Assembly: GCF_006345805.1 (NCBI RefSeq)
Contig: NC_043006.1
Location: 74,958,001-75,022,000, forward strand
Direction: 5' to 3'
Length of the DNA stretch: 64,000 bases
Source: Octopus sinensis
Taxonomy: Eukaryota
Below are positions 40,446-53,397 of this stretch, in pieces. Numbering within the stretch: position 1 is the stretch's first letter; each line of letters opens with the position of its first letter. The notes below the pieces were generated by a model that was not told where the DNA came from, made no database searches, and saw nothing but the letters and a program-made list of their open reading frames with translations. The position numbers and the translations under genes were made by a program.

Positions 40446-41004
40446 ATTTTTATAAATGTAATTAATTAAACATACAAAGCAACATTTTTACTATACATTT
40501 TTACCCAAGCAAAAATAAATTCTATTCCTAGCAGGATTAATGATTACACAGAGCCACGCCTCTAATTCGTTTCGTAGTTTAACCCTAGGCCAACTCCGAG
40601 GTTTCAAGGTACTAAACAAACGAAAGATAATCCTTCCCGCACGAAATAGGTTTAGCGATGGAAATTGGATTTAAGCTCAAGGGATTCGCAAAAGTCTTTG
40701 AGGTGAGGCTGAGAAAGAACAGGGCTAGAGGTTATAACAGCTTCACTCCACTTCTGCTTATTCCTTCCTCCCTATTTCCATTATTGTAAAGGTGCCTTGT
40801 TCATCGCAGGTAACATTTCAAACAGTTGGGTAGCTAAGGGGTCGGTCCACCTCAGGCAACGCTTTTAAGGCGGCGCCACTTTTGGGCCTTCTGTATACGC
40901 CCGTATAGGCTTGGGAACCGGGGTTGAGGTTCGGTATCCTCACGAGTTGCCTTGGGTGGCACACACTTAAGTTTAGTGATTTCATCTTAATATCTGTTAG
41001 TTAT

Positions 41005-41302
41005 CCCGCCGAGGTCGATTTTGGCTTTCATTCTTTCGGGGTCGATAAATTAAGTACCAGTTGCATTATGGAGTCGATCTAATCGACTGGCTCCTTCCCC
41101 CAAATTTCAGGCCTTGTGCCTAGAGTAGAATAGATTTGTATTTCGTCTGTCTTTACGTTCTGAGTTCAAATTCGACCGAGGTCGACTTTTCTTTTCATCT
41201 TTTCGGGGTCGATAAATTAAGTACCAGTTGTGTACTAGGGTCGATCTAATCGACTGGCTACTTCCCCCAAAATTTCGGGCTTTGTGCCTAGAGTAGAAAA
41301 GA
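41005..41302 (+). mobile_element. B-type SINE dimer
   Basis: Two units ending TTGTGCCTAGAGTAGAA. Confidence 0.8.
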
Positions 41303-41514
41303 ATATCGAATTCAGTGCCCACCTAAATGTACGCATCGAAGGGCATGCTGTGGACTTGAACTCATTAGATATGCAACTTTGCACTGATGGTCCAGATCGT
41401 TATCTCGCAGACCAATTCGATTTTACTTTATTTAAATAAATCCGCAGCATGAAACGTAAGTGACATTAGCGACATCAGGACTACTACCTAGATAAACCAC
41501 AAACTGCAACAAAT

Positions 41515-42155
41515 CAGCTACAACAACAACAACAAGAACAACGACGACGACAACGACAGATACTGCTGCTGCTGCTGCTACTACTGCTACTACTACAATT
41601 ACTACAGGAGCTCTCACAAATGCCCACATAATCATCATCGTCGTCGTCGTCGTATTTGTCGTCATCATCATCAACATCATCATCATCATCATCACTGCTC
41701 CACTAACATGAATATTATGAACTATTGAATAATAACAACTAAAAGGGCCATAACCACAATCATCATCATGATCATCAGCATCATCATAATCATCATCATC
41801 GCTACTACCACTGCCGCTGCCATTGTCGTTATTGTTGTTGTTGTTGTCGTCGTCGTCGTCGCCGTCATCGTCATCACCATCTTCAACAACAGCCAAAGCA
41901 ACACAGCCAACACCACCACCGTTACCACCACCACCAGCACTACCACCACAACCTCCACTACCAACACAATCATTACATCACTACCACCACCACCACTGCT
42001 TCTGTTATCATCCCATCATCATCGTCATCATCATCATCATCGTGTTTTATCGCCACGACCAAACCCAACACCATTGCCACATCCGCCACCACCAATACCA
42101 CCACCACCACCACCACCACCACCTCCACCATCACCATCACCGTCGTCATCGTCTT
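41515..42155. repeat. Mosaic trinucleotide microsatellite tract (CAA, GCT, CAT, GTC, CCA)
   Basis: Successive triplet runs. Confidence 0.9.
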
Positions 42156-42641
42156 CGATAAACCAGGAGAGTGGCCAATGAGAACGCCTCTAGGTCATTC
42201 ATTGATCTACAAGACTCAATACCGTCTTTAAAAAAGAATACTTACATTGGTTTCAAATTTTGACCAGTAATTTCGAAGGAGGGGGAAGGTAAGACGATTG
42301 CATCGACCCCAGTATTTAACTGGTACTTATTTCATCAACCCTGAAAAGGATAAAAGGCAAAGTTGACCTTGGTGGAGTTTGAACTCAAAACATAAAGACG
42401 GACGAAATGCCGCTAAGCATTTTGTCCGGTGGTCTAATGGTTCTGCCATATTGCTACCTTAAGAATATTTATGCTGATTACAGAAAGCTCTGGAAAGGTG
42501 CGATGGTCGAGGCTGGAGAGCTTCTGATCATGGTTCCATTCAGTCAGGGTGATCTAGTGTTAAGCAACACAAACAATAGCATCGTCAGCAGCAGTAACAA
42601 CAACAGCAACACAAACAGCAATACAACAGCAATACAAACAT

Positions 42642-42824
42642 AGGCGTAGGAGAGGCTGTGTGGTAAGTAGCTTGCTTACCAACCACATGGTTCCGGGTTC
42701 AGTCCTACTATGTGGCACCTTGGGCAAGTGTTTTCTACTATAGCCTCGGGCCGACCAATGCCTTGTGAGTGGATTTGGTGAACGGAAACTGAAAGAAGCT
42801 CGTCGTATATATATGTATATATAT

Positions 42825-42903
<79 letters not shown>

Positions 42904-43174
42904 GTGTGTGTGTGTGTGTGTGGTGTGTGTGTGTGTGTGTGTTGTGTGTGTGTGTGTGTGTTGTGTGTGTGTGTGTGTTTGTCCCCCCAACATCGCTTGA
43001 CAACCGATTCTGGTGTGTATGTGTCCCCGTAATTTAGCGGTTCGGCAAAAGACACCGATAGAATAAGTACTAGGCTTACAACAGAATAAGTCCAGGGGGG
43101 CGATTTGCTCGACTAAAGGCGGTGCTCCAGCATGGCCAGGGTCAAACGACTGAAACAAGTAAAAGAGTAAAAGA
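42642..43174 (+). mobile_element. SINE family A, full length
   Basis: AGGCGTAGGAGAGGCTGTGTGG head through GAAACAAGTAAAAGAG tail. Confidence 0.88.
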
Positions 43175-43289
43175 GCAACAGCAACAGCAACAACTGCTAC
43201 AACAACAACAACCACCACCACCTTCAGAATGATCTGTAAATAGGACCACTATAATTTCAGTCAACAGCGACACCACGGACATCATCAAA

Positions 43290-43750
43290 TCAGCAGCAAC
43301 AACAACAGCAGCAGTAACAGCAGCAACGGTTGTTCTTGTGGTAGTGGTGGTGGTGGTGGTGGAGGTGGTGGTGGTGGTGGTGGTGGTGGTGGTGGTGGTG
43401 GTGGTGGTGGTGGTGGTGGTGGTGGTGGTTGTGGTGGTGGTGGTGGTGGTGGTGGTGGTGGTGGTGTGGTGGTGGTGGTGGTGGTGAAGGTGGTGGTGGT
43501 GGTGGTGGTGCTGAAGGTGGTGGTGGTGGTGGTGGTGGCAAACTGCAGCTTATCAGCATAACCATCATAATCAGTATTCACATCATCTACACTGATAATG
43601 ACAAACGACGTCGATGATGGTGATGGTGATGATAATGATGATGATGATGATGATGACGATGATGATGATGACGATGATGATGATAACCTACAAATTAACC
43701 TCCTCCTCATCGTCGTCGTCATCGTCGTAGTCGTCGCCATCGTAGCTGTC
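43290..43750. repeat. (GGT)n/(GAT)n trinucleotide tract
   Basis: ~200 bp of near-pure GGT repeat followed by GAT and GTC runs. Confidence 0.9.
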
Positions 43751-44069
43751 ATGATTAAAATTGGCGCCAGCGGTAATATTAGCTAACCATGTGTTCGAAC
43801 TGCACGTTCAATATTCATTGCAAGAGAGTTCAAAATAGACTACTCCGATTATTGTGGAGGCACATGGCCTAGTGGTTAGAGCAGCGGACTGGCGGTCGAG
43901 GGATATATAATCCACCTCTAAACGTATTCTCTGTAAGCCTATTACTTATTCCATCGGCCTATTTTGCCGAACTGCTGCTACGGGGTTGCAAAACCACCAA
44001 CATCGATTGTCAAGCGATAGTGGTGGGAGCAAATACACACACACACACACACACACTATACAACAGGCT

Positions 44070-44221
44070 TAAGTAGCTTGCTTACGAACCACATGGCTCC
44101 GGGTTCAGTCCCACTGCGTGGCACTTTGGGCAAGTGTCTTCTACTCTAAACTCGGGCCGACCAAAGCCTTGTGAGTGGATTTGGTAGATGGAAACTGGAA
44201 GAAGCCCGTCGTATATATATG

Positions 44222-44275
<54 letters not shown>

Positions 44276-44465
44276 TCCCCCCAACATCGCTTGACAACCG
44301 ATTCTGGTGTGTATGTGTCCCCGTAATTTAGCGGTTCGGCAAAAGACACCGATAGAATAAGTACTAAGCTTACAAAGAATAAGTCCTGGGTCGATTTGCT
44401 CGACTAAAGGCGGTGCTCCAGCATGGCCACAGTCAAATGACTGAAACAAGTAAATGAGTAAAAGT
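44070..44465 (+). mobile_element. SINE family A, followed by an inverted partial copy at 44478-44601
   Basis: Matches 42642-43174. Confidence 0.85.
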
Positions 44466-45180
44466 GTCAAATCCTCTGACAAAGCTTTGGTGGGCCCGAG
44501 GCTATAGTAGAAGACACTTGCCCAAAGTGCCATGCAGCGGGACTGAACCCGGAACCATTTGGTTGGTAAGCAAGCTACTTACCGCACAGCCACTCCTTGC
44601 GTATATTTATATCTGGAATATATAACACGATAGAAAGGTTAGTGAGCAAAACAGAAGGTGAGAGAAACAAATAGAGCAGTTGGGAGGAAAAAAAAAAGAG
44701 CGAGATACACAGGCAGACAGATAGACAGACAGACAGATAGACAGACAGACAGATAGACAGACAGACAGACAGGAAAAGAGTAACAAGCTGAAACATGGAG
44801 AGAAACAAAAGAGCAAGAAGCGGATAAATTGTAGAATGAACAAGTGGCTAGACTAGAGCTACAGTAACGTTTTACATGTAACACTTGTTGTTAAACACCG
44901 ATACTGCAGTTTACAATATACAATGCAAACAGTATTGAGAAACGGGCACGGTAAAACACCTGAGTTTATTTGTTTCGTACGTGATTTCATGGCCTTCTTA
45001 TGAAATCAATGTACTTCGCAGTTCGTTGCTGTCCAATATATTCTTTTAAACTTTTATCCTTTAACTCTGTTTATTCTATGTTGTTATATTTCGGGACGGC
45101 CAATTGCTTTTTTTTTTTTTTTTTGTCAAATAAACATACGCACTATGTTTTCGTTCTTCATTTCATGCTTACTATTGTTT

Positions 45181-45994
45181 GGGTCTTTACCTTTTGACTG
45201 ACAGATTTAAAAAATAATTTTTGTAACTAAGCACTCTCAAATTTCGTATATATATGGTAGAATGTATCGCATAAAACATCTTTTACTCTGACGTTGTTGA
45301 GAAAATACTGTATTTTTCGAAGTTATTTGTTGTTAAAGTTGTCGTATTTCGGTAATTTCAACCAATCAATGACGTATATTCCGCTGAATAAAATTACTGC
45401 GTTGTTTGTCAACAATAACTATCGGCGGTGTATATTTCGTTTGCCACTGTTATTTATAACATCGTTCATGCGTTTGTACTGGTTTTAGCTTTAAGGTTTT
45501 AGGGTTAGGGTAAGGGTCTTAGGGTTAGGGTTAGAGTTTTAGGGTTTTAGGGTTAGGGCTAGGGTTTTAGGTTTAGGGCTAAGGTTTTAGGGTTAGGGCT
45601 AGGGTTTTAGGGTTAAATTTACGGAAAAAATGAAAAATGAAGCACGAATTATTATGGTGGTGCCATGAAGTAAACATGCATCAGATGCACTCGTATATTC
45701 ATACGAACGTAACTGAGATGAAATAACAGTGACAAACGAAATATACACCGCCGATAGTTGTTGTTGACAAACAACGTCAGTAATTTTATTGAGTTGAATA
45801 CACGTCATTGATTGGTTGAAATTACCGAAATACGACAACTTCAACAAAAAATAACTTCCAAAATACAGAATTTTCTCAACAACGCAAAGAGTAAAAGATG
45901 TTTTATATGACACATTCTACCAGTGTCCGAAATTTGAAAGTGCTTAGTTATGAAAAAATATTTTAAAAATCTATCGGTCAAAAGGTAAAGATCC
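45181..45994. mobile_element. Foldback DNA element (Merlin-like) with long TIRs and internal TTAGGG-like repeats
   Basis: GGGTCTTTACCTTTTGAC... / ...GTCAAAAGGTAAAGATCC, arms ~280-300 bp; 8-bp flanks TATTGTTT / TATTATTT; degenerate (TTAGGG)n at ~45495-45615. Confidence 0.8.
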
Positions 45995-46025
45995 TATTAT
46001 TTTTTAAATTTCATTTTGGTGTCAT

Positions 46026-46261
46026 TTCGTCACACGTCCTGTGACCTCTTCAGCGACTCTCCATCCTACGTGTCCCCTCATGTCCTGTTTAGTCCATTCT
46101 GTCTTTCTATGGTGCGTATCCTTATCAGCACATCCGTTTGCCTCCGCAATTCTACTCCCCCCTCTCTCCCTCTCTCGCTCTGTAGACAATGGACTAAACA
46201 GAACAGAAGGAGACGCTTGGGATGGAGAGTCGCTGAAGAGGTCACAGGACGTGTGACGAAA
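46026..46261. repeat. Inverted repeat with partial hammerhead-like core
   Basis: TTCGTCACACGTCCTGTGACCTCTTCAGCGACTCTCCATCC is inverted at ~46220-46260; inner TGTTTAGTCCATT/AATGGACTAAACA. Confidence 0.75.
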
Positions 46262-46628
46262 GATTTCCGGACAAAAGACTAAAAAATAAGAACAATAATA
46301 AATCTGAAGCGCGTGTGTTCATTTGACAAGAAAAAATGAATGACCATCCCCAAATACAACAATATCTGTTTCATGGATTATTGTGATGTTGGGGCACCAC
46401 TGCCCATGAAGATATTTGTAATCGCTTTGAATTCGTTCCCAGGAATTTACGTTGTGCATATTTTTAAGGTTTTGCTGTGCGGTTAAGAAGTTCGCTTCGC
46501 AATCAAGTGGTTTTAGGTTCAGTCTAACTGCGCAGCACCTAGGCAACAGTCTTCTATAATAGTCTTGGGATGACCAATGCCTTCAGAATGTGAGTGAATT
46601 TGGTAAAGTGAAACTATGGGGAGCCTCA

Positions 46629-46675
<47 letters not shown>

Positions 46676-46942
46676 TCTGTGTGTGTGTGACCACTTGACA
46701 AACCGTAACTGAGCGGTTCGGTAAAAAACAAAAAAAAAAAACAATACAATAAGGGCCAAACTTGAAATAAATATTGGGGTCGATTTTTTCGACTAACCTT
46801 GCAAAACGCTGGGCAATTTCGAACTTGTGTTCTCATCCCTAAAGTATTTTTCGATATTATTTTATTATCATTATTATTATTATTATTATTATGTCACTGC
46901 CTGGGATCGAACTCGGAATCTTGGGGTTAGCTCTTAACCACT

Positions 46943-47380
46943 ACGCCATATGCCCGTGGGCAATCATGGAGTGAAATCTAATATTTTTCTGTCTTTCCTT
47001 AATACCGGTTCCCATATGCTACTCATATCTACACTCAGTCTGCTTAGGAGGGTTTTGTGCCCTAACATATGTGCTGCTTCTTTTAGCTTTCGTATTTTCC
47101 AGTGGTGTTCTCTGTCTATTATTTTAACTTCATCCCACTGGGGGAGGTGGTCTCCATTTTTCCATACATGATCAGCTATACCTGATTTATCAATATCTCA
47201 TCGTGTCACAGCTTTGCGATGTTCGTCTACCCTTATTTTGAGGGATCGGTATGTTTCGCCTTTGTATATCTTACCGCAGCTGCATGGGATGGAGTACTCG
47301 CAGTCTTTGGTCATATTCTCTTCTATTGATGGTTTTACTCGAAGGAGATATTTTTTCTTCATAATTGGAGTGGATAGTAT
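46943..47380 (-). mobile_element. Penelope-like element GIY-YIG endonuclease fragment
   Basis: KDCEYSIPCSCGKIYKGETYRSLKIRVDEHRKAVTR*DIDKSGIADHVW...WDEVKIIDREHHWKIRKLKEAAHM. Confidence 0.9.
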
Positions 47381-47639
47381 GTTTTTGGGGTAGTTGTCAA
47401 TAGATTGTTCCTCATCTCTCATAGAACTGTATACATACATACATAGCTACATGCATACACATTCATACTTACATACATACTTACATACATACGTACATAC
47501 ATACATACATACATACATACATACATACATACATACATACATGCATGCATACATGCATGCATGCATACATACATGCATGCATACATACATACATACATAC
47601 ATACATACTACATACATACATACATACATACATACATAC

Positions 47640-48170
47640 ATGGTGGCTGCCCCCTCGTTATCGAGTATGGCCATTGCACGAAGCTTAATCAATGTTGTTA
47701 TCGTGCAATGCCTGTGCAAGAAGATTTTTTTTAAAGTGAGGAAAGGCTGTGCACTGAGTCAATCCCACATCACTAAGCAACAGCAGCCATAATCCGAAAA
47801 GAAGAACAAGTCAACATCATCGGTAACCACTGAGCCGCAGGTTTTATGTCGGAGTTATCCCAGTTACCTGATGCCCTAACAAAGGCTAGGAGTCCTTCAC
47901 TCCCAATGGTTTAACCGCGGGATCGGGTATTCAGTCCGATTATTTCTATGTCCCGGTGCAGGATACAGCCTTAAGACATTTATTGGATGGCCGTTGACTC
48001 TCAAGAGTTCCTCCGCCCTTTGACGGGTTTTGTTTTTCATCCCGCAGGGTATCCAATAAATACCCTCCTCACCAAGCAAGCTTGGTAGGTTGCCAGTTTT
48101 GTCGCCGACTACCCGACCATGCAACAGGTTGTACTGGGTTACATGTTGCCAGTAGCACTCGAAAGTGGCT
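47640..48170 (-). repeat. GC-rich, hairpin-rich non-coding segment, possibly a LINE 5' UTR-derived repeat
   Basis: Several short hairpins on the minus strand (AGGGTAT/ATACCCT, CCAAGC/GCTTGG, GCAACA/TGTTGC), between microsatellites. Confidence 0.35.
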
Positions 48171-48220
48171 TGACATATATACATACATACACACATACAT
48201 ACTTATATACATACGTATAT

Positions 48221-48254
<34 letters not shown>

Positions 48255-48579
48255 CGTAATTGATGGCTTAAAAGACAGACACACAGGCATATTGGTCGCA
48301 CCCCCATTTCAGTAACACAAAAAGAATCTTCATTGCCTTAAAGCTTGTAAATGTTTAAAGGAATCTTTCTTATAGATCCTGGGATGCCTTTTTTTACGAA
48401 ATAAAAGTGCACCATATATATACGAAGAAATACGATAGATTTATGAATGAATACACACACACACGCACCACCACCAATCCCAGTTCATCCCCACTCCCAC
48501 ACACGCTCGCACACGCACATACACACATGTATACATACAAGTATGCGTGTAAGTGGGCATGTTTGTGTGTATGTGTATG

Positions 48580-48637
<58 letters not shown>

Positions 48638-49131
48638 ATATTATATATATATATATTATATATATATATATATGTATATGTATGTATGTATATATATACT
48701 TATGTATTTATGATGGGTGGTACACATTGCTTACTTTGCTATCTATTAACACTTAAAAAAAGGGACCCCCTACCAGCATAGACAATAATGTGAAAGGTTA
48801 TCATTTCGATGTCAGCTTTGATCGTCTCTCGAATAGATACCAACAGCGCAATAGTTTTTAACCTTGTGAAGGAGTGTATATATACCTGTGTATGTATATC
48901 TTCGAAGTAGCGTATATACGGTGTGGCTTTTAATGTTTATTGGGCCCGACTTTTCCCAGAAAAGCTGATCAAGTCTTCCTGATTGGGAGGAGTTGTCTCA
49001 GTGTTTGAAGAGGTAGGGGGTTGATTTTGCCATGTTTAATAAAACTAGGTAGATGGCATTAAGTGTTTTAATCTTAACCGAGCGCATAGTGAAGGAAGAC
49101 GAACTATGTGAATTTTCATTCATTTTTTTAA

Positions 49132-49655
49132 GGGATTAAGTCGATTAGATCAACCCCAGTGTGTAACTGGTACTTAATTTATCGACCCCGAAAGGATGAA
49201 AGGCAAAGTCGACCTAGGCGGAATTTGAACTCAGAACGCAACAGCAGACGAAATACCTATTTCTTTACTACCCACAAGGGGCTAAACACAGAGAGGACAA
49301 ACAAGGACAGACAAACGGTTTAAGTCGATTACATCGACCCCAGTGCGTAACTGGTACTTAATTTATCGAACCCGTAAGGATGACAGGCAAAGTCGACCTC
49401 GGTAGAATTTGAACTCAGAACTCAACGGCAGACGAAATACCTATTTCTTTACTACCCACAAGGGGACAAACAAGGACAGACAAACGGATTAAGTCGATTA
49501 CAACGACCACAGTGCGTAACTGGTACTTAATTTATCGAACCCGTAAGGATGACAAGCAAAGTCGACCTCGGCGGAATTTGAACTTAGAACGCAGCGGCAG
49601 CCGAAATACCGCTTAACATTTCGCCCGGCGTGCTAACGTTTCTGCCAGCTCGCCG
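49132..49655 (-). mobile_element. SINE family B trimer
   Basis: Three head-to-tail units; only the 5'-most has the complete tRNA-like head. Confidence 0.85.
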
Positions 49656-50304
49656 TGTCATATACGACGGTGGACTGGAAAATTTAAAGGCTGACTGGGA
49701 AGGAGGGATGCTAGAGTTGTGAAATCTTGCATGGATTAATTTCAACGCTTTTTATTAATAACAATCATTGTTTCTTTCCAGGTAAACCGACATCTGACCA
49801 GTGGCGGCTTGTATATAGGCACAGCGGAACTGCAGCACCCCCTATTTCCACTCGATATTATCGATAACATTCAATATAATGAGTCCTTCTTTCGTTAATA
49901 CTTTCTTTATACTTGTACTTTATATAATGCCTAAGGTTAATGTCAGTAGCCATCCCCTGGTTTATGAAGAAATACAAAAATCCTTGTATAGAACTGTGCG
50001 CTTCACAGTTCCAGCGATGCGGTGTTTGGCTGTTATGCGCATGCTCACATGTCCGAGATAGGAAGCTGCACGCTAGGGAGAGAGAGCACTGTGGTTCACG
50101 CAGTGCCGTCTCTGGAGTGCTGGTGAAAGTTAGACTTTCTTTTTGACTTCAGGTGTGTTGTGCTTAAAACGTGTTTATATTCTTGAATGTGATAAAGTGT
50201 AGAATTAGATCATTCACATTTTGGACTTGGGAAAATTCTCACATAGTTTTACTGTTCCACTTACAGTTTGTAATTCGTAAAGTGTGTATGTATGCATGTG
50301 AGCA

Positions 50305-50337
<33 letters not shown>

Positions 50338-51011
50338 ATATGTATGTATGTATGTATGTTTGTATGTATGTATGTAAGTATGCATTTATGTATATATATG
50401 TATGTCTAAGAGTGTGTGTGTATGTGTGCGTGCGTGTGTGTGTGTGTGTGTGTGTGCGTGTGTGTGTGTGTGTGTATAAGTCAGTGAGTGAGTGAGTGAG
50501 TGAGGGTGTTTTGTTTCTCAAAGCTCGACAACCGTTGCTAGATTGTTGTGACCTTGTAATCTATCGGTCTGACAGAAGACTCCAATAGAACAAGCACCAA
50601 ATTGAAAAGAAAAACTGGAACAGATTCGATCAACTTAACCTTCGAGTTAGATAGTCCAGCACGTAAACCTCCAGTTCCGTAAATAAAAATTATAATAAAA
50701 GAATAAAAGAATAGACGAATAGAAGAACAGAAGAATCGCTCCAAAGAATTATAAGCAGACATATTGATAGAGAAATAAATATATAAATACATAGATATAT
50801 GAATGAGTAGAACACGATCAAAAATATACAGCGAAAGATTGTAAGGACAATACAATATCTTGTACAAATGGTGAGTTCCGCATTCGTATCGACTAATGTT
50901 TTATCATCTGAAGAGCCACTTCAATCTTAGTTAAACAGATATGGTCTGGCCCAAATAGATAATGTCTTCGTAATTCATAAATATATAGTGTGTGAATGTC
51001 TGTGTGTGTAT

Positions 51012-51043
<32 letters not shown>

Positions 51044-51058
51044 GTGTGTGTTTGAGAG

Positions 51059-51100
<42 letters not shown>

Positions 51101-51604
51101 TATATAATATATATACATATATGTGTGTGCGCACTAGAAAGTACCTTTGGAGGTTTTCTGTGTCATTTGTATGAGCGTATATGCGTGCACGAGTGTGTGA
51201 TCGCGGGTGTACATGCGGGTCTGTGTGTACGTGGTTTGTGTGTGGGGGGGGGGGGGGGAGGGGGAATGTGTGCGCGCGGGAGTTTGTTTCTCTTATGTCG
51301 AAATACTGGGATTTTCCTTTTATCTATGACAATACATTTTGTGTGTGTGTGTGTGTGTGTGCATGTCTATATATGTGTGCGGTATATATATATATATGTA
51401 TATATATATATGTTGAATGGCAATAGTGGCACAGGTAAAAATGACACAATAGTCTTACTGAAATATACACTATTGGCAAAAGAAGTCGTTTTTACGCATA
51501 TATGTATGTTTATTATATATACCTAAATACACACATGCAAATATACGTACCCAAACCTACATTTAGATACCTAGATATATGTATTACGTTATATAATACT
51601 ATAT

Positions 51605-51825
51605 ATATAATTTAGAGAAAAGCCTCTATTAAACAATTCAATAAAGAAAGATGTTATTCACACCATATAGGAAACATATACTATTAAAAAAAACCTTATT
51701 TTAAATCAGTATAGTGGAATTGATTTAAAATAAGGTATTTTTTATAGTAATACGTTTTCTATATGGTGTGAATAACATCTTTCTTTATTGAATTGTTTAA
51801 TAGTGGTTTTTCACTAAATTATATA
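51605..51825. repeat. ~95-bp-arm AT-rich hairpin
   Basis: CTATTAAACAATTCAATAAAGAAAGATGTTATTCACACCATATAG is inverted as CTATATGGTGTGAATAACATCTTTCTTTATTGAATTGTTTAATAG. Confidence 0.85.
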
Positions 51826-51903
51826 CATATATTATATATTGGGAAATTTGATTTAAAATTGTTAAATTGAATTTTTCCCTGTAAGTTTTGGAATCATATT
51901 CCC

Positions 51904-51949
<46 letters not shown>

Positions 51950-52471
51950 GTATATGTATATACGTATATATATGTATAGTATAATATCTATATATATATA
52001 TATATATATATATATAGATATATATATATATGAAATACACATGCATACATACACACACGCACATACATATGTATATGTATATTCTTTTTAAGGATGTACA
52101 TATATACAAACACTTCAATGACAGGTAAGATCTCCATTTAGAGAATGATAATTTAGTACATATTCACACACACATATATATATGTATATGTATGTATATA
52201 TGAATATATATATATACATATATATATGTATATGTGTGTGTGCATAAACGCACACATACATATATTCATCTTTATAAGAATAACTTTAGTTCTGCGTTTA
52301 ATAGAGTAGAACGTGTGAATCTATTTTAGACATATATCGAACTCTTTTCACGTAATACAATGATATGACCCAGTTCCCTTAATAAGCAAAATAACAGCGC
52401 CAGTAGAAATATAATATAATAATAATAATAATATAATAATAATAATAATAATAATATAATAATAATCAATA

Positions 52472-52506
<35 letters not shown>

Positions 52507-52545
52507 TAATATAATAATAATAATTAATAATAATAATAATAATAT

Positions 52546-53270
52546 ATGGTACTGACCCTAAATGCAGATTCTGCGACACATTTGACGAAACGATAGACCA
52601 TCTCGTTTCGGGATGTCCTGTGCTGACACCAAACGAATACAAAAATCGCCACGATAGGGTAGGACAGTATATACATTGAAGATATGTAAACACTACAAAT
52701 CCGACACTCCTGCTAACTGGTATGAACACCATCCTCAGCCAGTTGTTGAAGGTAAAGATGTCACATCCTCTGGGATTTTCCAGTCAACACTGACAGAACG
52801 ATCAAGGCTAATCGACCAGACTAATTGTAAAGACAGGGAAGAAAATACCTGCAGACTAATAGAAGTAAGCGTCCCCACTGATAAAAATGTATCTGTCAAG
52901 GAATTTGACAAACTTAGTAATATAGGACCTGGAAATCGAATACAGAGGATGTGGAATCTTAAAACAAAAACTGTTCCTGTTATTGTAGGTGCCCTAGGTA
53001 TGATAAAAAAGGGATGTCAAAACACCTAGACAATATCCCTGGAAAACCATGTCTCAAGGAAATCCAAAAGATTGTGCTAACAAGTACTGCCCACATCCTT
53101 AGAAAAACCCTATCAATGTAAATGTCTGTGTTTGCATTACATGGAGATATATCTCTACTTCCCCTCCCCAAGCTTTCAGCTATATTTCAACAACTCTTAA
53201 CCTTCACTTGCCCTAGGGCGCTGGGTGTGCCCGGCAGGTGATTGCATCAACCAGCAGATTAAAAGTAAAT
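52546..53270 (+). mobile_element. R4/Dong-type LINE 3' fragment (CCHC and endonuclease), frameshifted
   Basis: DPKCRFCDTFDETIDHLVSGCPVL...RHDRVGQYIH; LIEVSVP; PVIVGALGMIKKG; (TAA)n flanks. Confidence 0.9.
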
Positions 53271-53294
53271 GACAATGATAATAATAATATTATA

Positions 53295-53397
<103 letters not shown>

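Noticed and set aside
45495-45615. True telomere or chromosome fusion site
   Set aside because: Short, degenerate, single orientation and enclosed by transposon TIRs
50900-50966. CTGAAGA GCCA...TGGC hammerhead candidate
   Set aside because: No GAAA and no stem III
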